This document shows, piece by piece, positions 1 to 11,230 of a stretch of 64,000 bases of DNA (positions are counted from its first letter, which is position 1; every line of letters starts with the position of its first letter). The notes beneath the pieces were generated by a model. The model did not search any database. It had not been told where the DNA came from and saw nothing but the letters and a program-made list of their open reading frames with translations. A program made the translations under genes and the position numbers. Source of the DNA: Okamejei kenojei (Eukaryota); the NCBI GenBank assembly GCA_035221665.1, contig CM069133.1, positions 96,596,001 through 96,660,000 of the forward strand, written 5' to 3'.

Positions 1-522
1 CACTTCTTCAAAACATAATTACATTTTACTGAGGAATGTAGATTGATGCATTGATGACATATTGAGAATTTCTTAAAACTCACCATCATGAGTGAGAACT
101 TCTTGGTGACATTCTCGGTCTGCAGGTTAGTCATTCAATTTACCTGCTGCCCCACGTTGTGTCTCTCCGTCTTTCGCTCTCTCCCTCCCTCTCTCTCTCC
201 CTCCCTCTCTCTCTTACATGCTCTCTCTCTCCCATTCCCCACCTCTCTCTCAAGCTCTCTTGGTATTCCCGGAATCATTGACGTTTTGTTGTATACAAAA
301 ATGCTGGAGAAACTTAGCAGGTGAGGGACTTCTGGTGGCATCAATGGTGGGGTGAGGGACGCTGCTGTTTTGCTCTACTCCCGAAAGAATGTTTTAATGT
401 GCTTAAATACGATTTAGAAGATGGGGGAGTTCTAAAATATACTACCGGAGCTGCTATTTAATTGTGTGTTATCAGAAATTCTGCTGATAACAGAGAATAA
501 CAGCAGTTTTAAATGAAAAAAA

Positions 523-1566
523 GTGAAACCTCGCCAGAAGCCTGTAAAACCTGCTTCAAGACCTGCTAAAAGAGACTACTTGAAAAAACTTGGAAAGACT
601 CCTCAATCCCCTCAAGCATCAGCTGGAAGCTCAGAAGAAGAAGGTGACTTTCGAAATCTTTCTACAGAAATGACCTCAATGGAGGAACAAAGAGAGCATA
701 TGGAACAATTGGAAAAGTCAGTATTAACTTCAGTCACTGAAGTTATTTCTAAAGTGATACAAGAGGGGAATGTTGCGCTGGACAAAAGCCTCTCTGAAAA
801 AATTAAACAAGATAATGATACGCTGATGGGGAAAATTGATGACTTAACCAAACGTGTGGTCAAGGTTGAGAAGGATTTAAACAAAAAAAATAAGCGGGTT
901 GATAAGGACTGTAATAAAAAGCTGGACGCAATGTTAAAGTCTACTGAGGCGGCTATGGAAGAAATGGATAATACAATCACTGAGATGGCTAAGGAGATAA
1001 AGAGACTAAAAAAGGAACAAGAAAGCACTGGGAGGGAGCTTGCTAAAATGAAGCATAAATGTACGGACTTGGAAGCAAGATCAAGAAGGCAAAACCTGAG
1101 GATAGTTGGAGTAAAAGAAGGAAAGGAGAGTGGTCAAAACTTTCAGGAGTTTGCTGCCAACTTACTCAAACAAGTACTTAAGCTGCCTGAAGCCCCGAGA
1201 ATAGATATGGCTCACCGGGTCCGACGTAAGGTTCAAGCAAGCCCAACTGCCCCCCCAAGACAGATTATTCTGAAATTCTATGACATTTCAACCCTGGAAG
1301 GAATTATGAAAAGGATTCCATATGGTGTGAATTTGATGTTTGGAGAAGACAAACTAAGATTCGTCTGTGATTTTCCAGCGGAAGTCATGGAAAAGAGGGA
1401 CAAGTTTCCAAACACGAGAAGGCTACTGAAAGGGGTCTCGGGAGTAAGATATGGGATAGTATATCCCGCGAAATTGAGAATTACTTATAGCCATGTTGAA
1501 CGTGCATTCACGGATCCAGAAGAGGCATTTAATTATGCACAAAGTATCACAAAGGAGGACTACTGA
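523..1566 (+). CDS. L1 ORF1p (coiled coil, RRM, CTD; Transposase_22-like)
   Basis: 347-aa open frame with a coiled-coil region and motifs DLEARSRRQNLRIVGVKEG, IDMAHRV, PRQIILKF, YGIVYPAKLRI. The ATG at 513 is one base out of frame across an A7 run. Confidence 0.88.
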   Translation: MKPRQKPVKPASRPAKRDYLKKLGKTPQSPQASAGSSEEEGDFRNLSTEMTSMEEQREHMEQLEKSVLTSVTEVISKVIQEGNVALDKSLSEKIKQDNDTLMGKIDDLTKRVVKVEKDLNKKNKRVDKDCNKKLDAMLKSTEAAMEEMDNTITEMAKEIKRLKKEQESTGRELAKMKHKCTDLEARSRRQNLRIVGVKEGKESGQNFQEFAANLLKQVLKLPEAPRIDMAHRVRRKVQASPTAPPRQIILKFYDISTLEGIMKRIPYGVNLMFGEDKLRFVCDFPAEVMEKRDKFPNTRRLLKGVSGVRYGIVYPAKLRITYSHVERAFTDPEEAFNYAQSITKEDY

Positions 1567-2555
1567 TCATGAGGAACGACGAAGAAAGAACTGTGTTTCT
1601 TTTTTTTTTAACATACAAAAATACTGCTATGGTTATGATGGAGAACTTTCCTCGAGGCGTTGTCTAGACATTTTATCTTTGGAATGTGGCGGGGAAAATA
1701 ACGAGAATATGGAAAAATATTATCAGTGAACTTGTATATAGAAATTTATGATTTAAGAAACACACAATTACATACTAACATAAAATATAATTAATAAAAT
1801 TGTGTAATATTAAGGCATAGCTTAATAATGGCTGATGTTTATTTCATGATGTTAATTACTTGCTAAATATAAGAATAACGAGTTAAATATGATTGATAAG
1901 TACAAATAACATACTAACAAATTTTATGGATATTGTAGATTTAGTCTAAATTGCACGCAAAGAGGGGGAGGAGAGGGGAGATGCTTGGAAGTTATCCAAG
2001 GAGAATCTGGTTAACCCCTTGGAACCTGCTGTTGTCTGATACAAAAGTTTGAGACTTAATTGTAATATATCTAGGCATATCGATAGATATGGATATATAA
2101 TGAACATAATTACTGTTATATCTAAACATATACTCGGAAACTTTTTTATTTTGTTTTTCCTCTTTGAAGATATATTTCTAATCTATCTATTGGAGTGCGT
2201 TTTATTTTATATATTTTTTTTTTGAACTTTGTATCGCTCTCTCTTCCAATTAATAATAGCTGGTCAAGGGGGCAGAGCGAAACATATAAAAACATCTACG
2301 GAGGTCAACAAGAATTTTTCCTCCACCTGTTGGTGGTCTGTTTTTAATTATAATATCTTTATTTTTGGATATTATAATATCACTTTTTGTTTGTTAAGTA
2401 TCTTTTCATGACTCAACACTTTCTGGTCTTTTTCAAGGTCTATTCTGAAAGGGAGATGCCAACAAAACTTAACAGCTAGGGATGACCATCCTCCACCTAG
2501 AGTTATGAGGTTCTTGGTTGCACCATATGAAGTAAAGGTATTAACATGATCCATA

Positions 2556-5500
2556 ATGCAAGACGATAAACAAAAGAAAACTGGAGGAATCACGTTCTGT
2601 AGTTGGAATATAAGGGGTGCTAATGAACCAATTAAAAGGGGTAAGATCTTTGCCCAATTAAAAGCCTTAAACAGTGAAATCATTTTCTTACAAGAGACGC
2701 ATTTGAAATATCAAACACAGATAAGATTGAAGGCAAATTGGATTGGGCAAACATACTACTCTTCATTTACTTCTAAATCTAGAGGTACGGCTATTATCAT
2801 TCGTAAAGGTATACCATTTAAATTAAAGAATACCATAGCAGATAAAGAGGGGATATATGTCATAGTCACGGGAGAAATTTATTCTACTCCACTTACTTTG
2901 ATAAATATTTATGCTCTTAATTTTGACAACCCCCAATTCTTTAGTAAAATTTTGGAACAATTACAGAACTTAACTATCAAAATGTGATAATAGGGGGAGA
3001 TTTGAATTGTGTTTTAGATCCATATCTGGATAAATCAGCAAAACATAAAGGATTAACATAAAATCTAAAACTAGTGAACTCCTAAATACATACATGAAAA
3101 ATACCAACATAACAGATTTATGGAGGATCGCTAACCCAGTAGGTAGGGAATATTAATTTTATTCAACGGTACATAAAACATATTCACGTATTGATTACTT
3201 CTTAGTGGACACTAAACTAATTCCATATACATATAATTCTAAATATCATAATAGTATTATTTATAATCATTCCCTGCTAACTTTTTCTTTAAAATTAGAT
3301 GGAATGCCTGATTAAAAAATCATTTTTGAGGTTTAACCCCCAAATCTTAAATAACTCACAAGGATGTACATATTTAAAAGAGTAGATGGGATTCTTTTTT
3401 GAGACAAATGATACACCAGATATTTCACCCTCCTTATTATGGGAAACGTTTAAGGCATTTATTAGAGGAACTATAATCTCATATCAAGCTTTCCAAAATA
3501 AAAAGAATAACACTGAACAATTGCAGTTAGAACAAGAAATTAGACAATTAGATTTAGAAAATGCCAAAGAACTAACTATAGATAAACATAATAAGATAAC
3601 AATACTAAAATATAAATTAAATTAAATTTTTATCGGCCAGAATAATAAGATTATTTCAAACTACAAAACAAGAACATTTTGAATTTGGTGATAAACCACA
3701 TAAACTCTTAGCACGCCAACTGAAAAAACGGGAAACAGAAAATACAATTACTATAATTAAATCAGACAAAGGGGAATTACTAACACTACCTAAAGATATT
3801 AATAAAAGATTTGCTCAATTTTATCAAAATTTATATACATCAAAAACTTCTGCAAATAATACTGAAATTACAAATTTATTAGACAATTGTAATCTTCCAA
3901 AATTAAATATGGTGGATCAAGAGGGATTAGGAGCCCAGATTACACTACAGGAAATAGAAGAAACAATAAATTCGTTGAAGAATGGCAAAACGCCAGGACC
4001 AGCTGGCTTTAGTAATGAATTCTATAAAATAATCTATGAGATAATTTCCCCACGCCTGCAAGATTTATATAGATACGCTTTTAAAGAAAATAAACTACCA
4101 GAAACACTAACTGAGTCAACGATTATACTTAAACAAGGATTATACAAAAAAGGATAAAGATCTATACTTAAACAAGGATTATACAAAAAAGGATAAAGAT
4201 CTAGAAGACCCAGGCTCAGAAAGAGCTATTGCACTCCTAAATACAGATCAAAAAAATTAGCAAAGACCCTAGCGAGAAGATTGAGTAAATATGTTAGCAA
4301 ACTAATAAACCCGGACCAAACAGGGTTTATACCAAAGTGATACTCATTTAACAATTTTAGATGGCTGTCTAATATAATGTACTCACATAATACTGAAGAA
4401 GAACTAGCAATTATTTCATTGGATGCAGAAAAAGCTTTCGATCAAGTAGCATGGCAATATTTATTCAAAGTATTGCAAAAATTTAACATGGGAGATAACT
4501 TTATCTCATGGGTAAAATTATTATATGATACGCCGACGGCTAGAATACTGACTAATAATATATTATCCCCGAAATTCCAATTAGCAAGGGGCAATAGGCA
4601 GGGGTGCGTACTATCGCCCCTGCTATTTGCACTAGTGGTAGAGCCTTTAACAGAAAGTATAAGCAGTCATCCGAATATAATACCAAACACTCAAATAATA
4701 AAATTTCATTATATGCAGACGACATAGTACTATATATTACAAATTCGCAAATTAGCATACCAAATATACTAAACTTAATAGAAGCATTTGGTTCTTGTTT
4801 CAGGATATAGAATAAATTGGAATAAAAGCGAAATTATGATGATAAAACCTCAAGAGCCGACACATTTGTTGAAATTTCCCTTTTAGAATTTCAACAGAAA
4901 AATTTAAGTAGTTGGGCATCCAAATCACTAGGAAATATAAATCATTACTCAACGCAAACTATATGCCTTTATTAACTAAATTAGATGGGTTGATTAAATT
5001 TTGGAAAACACTGCCGATGTCCTTAATAGGCAGAATAAACGCAATAAAAATTATCTTCTTACCTCAAATATTGTACCTATTTCAATCAATACCAATATAC
5101 TTACCTAAAAATTATTTAAAAAACTAGACTCTGATATTATAAACTTCATATGGGATTATAAATCACACAGAATTAAAAAAAAAACACTTGTGTAAATCTA
5201 AAGAATCAGGGGGACTGACACTTCCTAACTTATTGTATTACTATTGGGCAGTGAATATTAAAAATATAATCTATTGGTTGGACAGTTCTGCCCAACAGGT
5301 AGATTGGATAAGAATGGAGAAAGAGGATTGTTCCCCTTATAATATAGGAGCGATTCTTCTTTCCCCGATGAAACTGAACAATATAATATATATAAGAAGA
5401 ATCCAATTATTCACAGTATCATACAAATTTGGAAACAAATAAAACTAACTTTAAAATTCAGAAAATTATCGCTTCTTTCTCCAATAGCTAATAATCCCTC

Positions 5501-6319
5501 ATTCAAATCATCCATTATTGATAAAACATTTATCCATTGGGAAAGAATAGGAATTAAATCGAAGGGAGATATGTATGAAATGGGAAAACTTTTTATCATT
5601 CCAACAATTACAACTAAAATATAATTTGAAAAGTAATCAATATTTCAAATATCTTCGAATTCAACATTATTTGAAAAAATATATACAAGGATATCAAACT
5701 TTAACCCCAGATTTATTGGAGGAAGGAATGAATAGAAAGGCAGAATCAAGCAATTTAATATCTTACTTATATAATACAATTCTAAGTATAGAAAAAACAA
5801 CGACAGAGGCAATTAGAAGGGCCTGGGAACAAGTGTTATTGATAAAAATTCCGAATGATAGATGGGGGAAAAAATGATTATATGTAAATAAATGTTCAAT
5901 GTTCAAATGTAAGACATAACCTAATTCAATTTAAAATTTTACATAGACTATATTATTCGAAAACTAGACTGAATAAAATATTTTCAAATGTTTCCCCCAT
6001 CTGCGACAAATGTTTAACTAAAAATGCCACTATAGCACATTCCTTTGTCTCTTGTATAAAACTGTATACATTTTGGAATGAAATTTTTGGAATTTTTACA
6101 AAACTATTTAACACAAAATTGAACCCCAATACAGAACTGATTATCTTTGGATCAATGGAAGAGGGAAGTAATCTAACTACATTCCAAATGTGGATTTCAA
6201 ACATGTCTGAAATGCTACACCTTGAAGAAATGAGATTCCTCCTACTAGGCAAAGTAGACCTATTCTTAAAGACTTGGTCTCCTTTTATCAACTTTTTACA
6301 AGCAGATGGTGCAACATAA
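2556..6319 (+). pseudogene. L1 ORF2p (APE endonuclease, reverse transcriptase), disrupted
   Basis: Motifs SWNIRG, FLQETH, SLDAEKAFD, RQGCVLSPLLF, SLYADD, KESGGL. More than ten stops or frameshifts, plus a 39-bp tandem duplication at 4124-4201. Confidence 0.93.
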
Positions 6320-6483
6320 GAAATTAAATGGTTTAGAACCAGGTGACGGATGGGCAAAAATACGAAATAGGTAGATCTCTCCTAATCTCTCTTTTCTTTA
6401 TTTTCTCCTTTTCTTTCAATCTTTTTAGCTTCTTATCTCTGTCCTGTATTTCTTTGGCGATCTGTCCCACTATTTTTATCTCT

Positions 6484-6838
6484 CATCTCTGTCCCTATCT
6501 TCAAATTCCCACTTCGAAATAAATACAGTTTTCGACTTTAAAATTTCACAGCAGGATCGCGATTAGTCGATTCCCACGCATTTTCAATCATCGTTCGATT
6601 CAGTGTAATTTTCACATCTGGTTGATATAGTTTTTTTAAATATACAGTACAATAAATAGTGATGAATAGTAATAAATGCAAATGCTTCAAGCTACACTTC
6701 TTGTGTGGTGGTAAGTGCGGAGGGGGGGGGGGGGAATGAAATACCATATATTTGCATTTATATAGCGATCCTGCTGTGAATTTTTTGTCGAGTCGTATTT
6801 TATTTCAAAGTGGGACTTGAAAGATAGGGACAGAGATG
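6484..6838. repeat. Fold-back inverted repeat (~75-bp arms, ~200-bp spacer)
   Basis: CATCTCTGTCCCTATCTT...TTCACAGCAGGATCGC (6484-6560) is the imperfect reverse complement of GCGATCCTGCTGTGAA...GATAGGGACAGAGATG (6765-6838). Confidence 0.8.
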
Positions 6839-6937
6839 CTACACAGAGATTTTGATAGGAAGGAAACGTTACAGCAGCTGAGTAAAAGATCGGTCAAATG
6901 GTAGGTTCAATGGAGATCGGGCGAGGGGGGACATTCT

Positions 6938-7294
6938 GAGAGGATGAGAGGGGACCTCATTGAAACATATAAGATTGTTAAGGGCTTGGACACACTAGAG
7001 GCAGGAAACATGTTCCCGATGTTGGGGGAAGTCCAGAACCAGGGGCAACAGTTTAAGAATAAGGAGTAAGCCATTTAGAACGGAGACGAGGAAACACTTT
7101 TTCTCACAGAGTGGTGAGTCTGTGTAATTCTCTGCCTCAGAGAGCGGGGGAGGCCGGTTCTCTGGATGCTTTCAAGAGAGAGCTAGATAGGGCTCCTAAA
7201 AATAGCGGAGTCAGGGGATATGGGGAGAAGGCAGGAACGGGGTACTGATTGGGGATGGTCAGGCACTCCTGTACCTATTGTATATTGTCTATTG
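6938..7294 (+). mobile_element. CR1 LINE 3' fragment
   Basis: Encodes RMRGDLIETYKI...FFSQ and ends in the CR1 3' stem region with a (CTATTGT)n-like tail. Confidence 0.8.
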
Positions 7295-8510
7295 AAATGT
7301 CCCGAGCTCCGACATAGCCGCTACGTTCATCCTACGTGTTTACATGTTTGATTTTTTTTAAACTCAGGGGAGCTCTTGTGTGAACTTGCACAGTGGGACA
7401 AGGCTTCACACCCGCTGAGTTTCTCCAGCATTTTTGTCTACCTTCGATTTTCCAACATCTACAGTTCCTTCTTAGACGTTTTGCGGTGATGGTTGCATCT
7501 GCGGTTCCTTTCTGTTGGAGGGGGGGGGTAAGGGAAGAGTCCTGGCCCATGGCGGCTCCTGGTCCATTCCCTCCGTGGGTGCCACCTTGCCTGCCGAGTT
7601 CCTCCAGCACTCTGTGTTTTTTGTTTGGCTCTGAAGTTGAAGGTGGACCCCCCTGTGTCTACCTTCAACTCCCTGTCTGTGGTGGCTCAGCGGGACGGGC
7701 AGGGGGTCTGGGGAGAGGGTTGCGTTTCTGGTTCTTCAGACAATCACAAGTACTCTCACCGACGATAGTTCAGTTCAGTCTGAAGAAGGGTCTTCTCTCC
7801 AGAGTCACTGCGCAGCCTGTCCCGCTGAGCCACTCAATTGTTGCTGTACTGAGGGATAGCCAAGTCTATCCCTCATTGGTAGCAGTTGATTGGAAGCGGC
7901 TGTAAAAGGACAGCGCTGCTGGGGGGGGGGGGAGATTTCCATTCACAGCATGTGGGTATTTTGTCCGGGGGTAACGTTGCGGGGAGGGCAGGAGCATTGA
8001 GAAGGAGGGGGTCGGCCAGGGATCATCCAGCTCAAGAGCGGGTCAGCGGGCGATGGATAACAGGGCAGCGGTGGAGCTTACTCCAAATGTCAGGGCAAGT
8101 AACCTCAACTGATCCCTTGTTCACGCTGACACAGGAGTAAGCTACACCGCCCGCTGTGATGTTATCCTTCACCCACTGACCCACTCCGCTCTATGATCTT
8201 TGCTCTTGAGCTGGTCCCCTCACTGTTCAGACGAGGAGCACTGCCAGAGGTGAGCGGGCCGGCAGAAGGCGTTGAGTTGGCAGTCGGTTCCGTTGTCTCG
8301 TGATGGCGGCCGCTCGTAGCCACGCGAGCTGTTTCCCTCTCCGGCCACAATGTGGTGGTTCCGCGCCCGGAAGCGATGAGGCAGCGGTGAGTGAGTGAGT
8401 TACTGGCATGAATCCGACCCTCTCCTTCTCAACGCTTCTGCAACTTTACCCCTGGCTAGACTCTCCACACGCTGTGAAAGGAACTCTCCCCCGAATTGTC
8501 ATGTCACTCA
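7295..8510. repeat. GC-rich mosaic repeat built from Penelope terminal-repeat pieces; homologous to 60180-60590 and 62440-62760
   Basis: 7480-7830 is the reverse complement of ~60190-60530. 8224-8500 is the reverse complement of ~62440-62757. Confidence 0.7.
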
Positions 8511-8574
8511 CAACACATTTATAATTATTTATTTATATTTCTACGAACATGTTTCCCAATTGGACCCGCACCTC

Positions 8575-9985
8575 CCAAGGCCGGCCCTGCGTATGTTAGT
8601 ATGCTCTCTGTGGTGCAGCGGGAGAAGCTGTTGGGGCAGACCAGTCATTTTCTGTGTTCTCAGGAAGAACAGTCGTTGCTGTGCGTTCTTGACCAGCGCA
8701 GCGATGTTGGTGGACCATGTGAGGTCCTCTGAAATGTGTGTACCCAGAAACCTAAAGCTGGACACTCTCTCCACACTGTCCCCGTTGATAGAGATTGGAG
8801 CGTATTCCCCATTATGTGTCCTCCTGAAATTGATAATCAGCTCCTTGGTCTTAGAGGTGTTTAGGGACAAGCTGTTACCTCAATCTGTAGTTTGTTTCAT
8901 CACCGTTGGTGATCAGCCCAATCACCGTTGTGTCATCTGCAAACTTGACAATGGTGTTGGTGTTGAATGCAGGAACACAGTCGTGTGTGAAGAGGGAGTA
9001 GAGCATGGGGCTCAGTACACAGCCTTGTGGTGTGCCGGTGCTCAGGGTGATAGTGGAGGACAGATGCGGGCCCAGTCTCACTGCCTGCGGTTGCTCCATC
9101 AGGAAATTCAGGATCCAGTCGCATATCGGTGAGCTGAGGCACAGCTGGTGGAGTTTGGTGGTCAGCTTGGTGGGGATGACCATATTGAAGGCAGAGCTAT
9201 AGTCTATGAAGAGCATCCTCACGTGGGTGCCCTGTCTTTCCAGGTGACTCAGGACAGTGTGAAGAGCCAAAGAGATGGCATCCTCTGTGGATCTATTTGC
9301 CCCAAATGCAAATTGATGAGAGTCCAGTGAGGCAGGGATGCTGGATTTGATGTGTGAGAGGACTAGCCTTTCAAAGCACTTTATGTGTATTGGAGTTAAG
9401 GCAACCGGACGGTAGTCGTTCAGGTTGATGATTTTTGACTTTTTTGGCACCGGCACTATGGTAGCTGTCTTCAGGCACTTGGGGAGCCGTTGCCAGGGAT
9501 AGAGATAGGTTAAAGATCCTCGTGAATACCTCAGCCAGCTGTACAGCACAGTCCTTTAGTACCCTTCCTTGGACTCCGTCCGGGCCTGCAGCCTTGCGTG
9601 GATTGATCCTTTGCAGAACGCACTGTACATCCTGTGTGCTCAGTGTTAAGCCCTGTCCCTCCTCCATGCCTGGGGTTATTTCACACTCCTGGTGGTGTTG
9701 CCAGTTTCGAAGCGGGCAAAGAAGGTGTTTAGCTCGTTGGACAATGTACAAAAATCCAGCCCTGACTGTGGCCTCCTGGTTAAAAGTGAGGTTCAGTGGG
9801 GTGGTGGGTGTAAGAGTAAATGGGATTGATTGCACTGTCTGTCAGCATCACTCCAAGTGCTAGATTCTCATGAGGTGGAACAGTCATGAGGTGGAAACCC
9901 CCCCCCCCCCCCCCGCAGCTTCCTGGTATCATCCTTGTAAATCTTCTCTGCACTCTTTCCAGTTTAACGACATTCCTCCTATAGG
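8575..9985 (-). mobile_element. Rex1/Babar LINE RT fragment, disrupted
   Basis: Motifs [81 protein letters not shown]. Confidence 0.9.
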
Positions 9986-10164
9986 ATTCCTACCAATCAT
10001 CCCCATTTCGCCAACACCCACCACCCCCACCAAACCCCTCTTTCACTCAGGAGGCCAGTCAATGGTGAGTCTTCGTACACAGGAGGTCTTGTTTGTTTCA
10101 ATCGTGATCTAATTGCATTCTGTAGGATATAGGAAGGACCATTTCACAGGGCCAAGTGCTCATA

Positions 10165-11230
10165 GATCGTGGAACATAGAGCAGCACAGCACAGGAACAG
10201 GCCCTTCGGCCCAATGTCTGTGCCAAACATGATGCCAGTTAAACTAATCTATTCCATTTGCATGTGATCTATATTCCTCCATACCCTGCATATCCATGAC
10301 TTATCTCAAAGCCTCATAAATGCCAATATCGAATCTGCCTTCACCACATCACATTTTACAGCGTGTTCCAAGCACCCAACAGTTTGTGTATAATAATTGT
10401 TTAACTTAGTTCATTGTTTAGTTTGTTGTCACGTACCAAGGTACAGTAAAAAGCTTTTGTTGCATGCTAACCAGTAAGTGGTTAGACAATACATGATTAC
10501 AATCGAGCCATCCACAGTGTACATGATAAAGGGAATAACGTTTTGTGCAAGATAAAGTCCAGTACAATCTGATTAAAGATAGTCTGAGGGTCTCCAATGA
10601 GGAGATTGTAGCTCAGGGCCACTGTCTAGTTGTTGGTAGGATGGTTCAGTTACCAGATAACAGCTGTGAAGAAAATGAACCTGAATCAAGGGGCATGTGT
10701 TTTCACACTTATGTACCTCTTGCCTGATGGGAGAGGGGAAAAGAGGGAATGACCGGGGTGAGTCTCATCCTTGATTATGCTGTAAATTAAGTCAATGGAA
10801 GGGAGGTTGGTTTGTGGGATGAACTGGGCTGCGTCCACGCCTTCTGTGGACATGTTACAATAGACAATAGGTGCAGGAGTAGGCCATTTGGCCCTTCGAG
10901 CCATTCAATGTGATCATGGCTGATCATCCCTAATCAGTACCCCGTTCCTGCCTTCTTCCCATATCCCCTGACTCCGGGTCTATTTAGCTCTCTCTTGAAA
11001 GCATCCAGAAAACCTGCCTCCACCGCCCTCTGAGGCAGATAATTCCACAGACTGGACCGGCTCCTGGACAGCCCCTTTAAACTTTGCCTCTCTCACCATA
11101 AAAGTATGCCTTTGGTAATTGGACAGCTCGTTCCTGGGGAGAAAGGTTCTGACTAAGCATCGTATCTATGCCTCATAATTTTATATATTTCTATCAAGTC
11201 TCCATCAGCCTCCGACACTCTAGAGAAAAC
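10165..11230 (-). mobile_element. Nested CR1 3' fragments (10165-10390, 10858-11230) with a Rex1 3' end (10410-10850)
   Basis: CR1 tails such as ACAATAGACAATAGGTGCAGGAGTAGGCC. Rex1 C-terminal IIKDETHPGHSLFSPLPSGKRY with a GTGACAACAAAC tail. Confidence 0.72.

Larger units (their letters stand above)
325..6440 (+). mobile_element. L1 (LINE-1 clade) retrotransposon, near full length; 3' end and poly-A not visible
   Basis: ORF1 plus APE-RT ORF2 layout with a ~1 kb AT-rich inter-ORF spacer. The 5' end (GGACTTCTGGTGGC) abuts a Penelope terminal-repeat fragment at ~290-325. Confidence 0.92.

Noticed and set aside
85-134. Possible minus-strand first coding exon MTNLQTENVTKKFSLMM|GTGAG
   Set aside because: Too short, peptide not recognised, and any downstream exons would be outside the window.
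7393-7905. Similar 170-aa and 188-aa ORFs (also 60181-60747) as a novel gene family
   Set aside because: Chance open frames in GC-rich repeat mosaics, with frame shifts between the copies.
8395-9132. 245-aa plus-strand ORF
   Set aside because: Antisense shadow of the Rex1 RT fragment.
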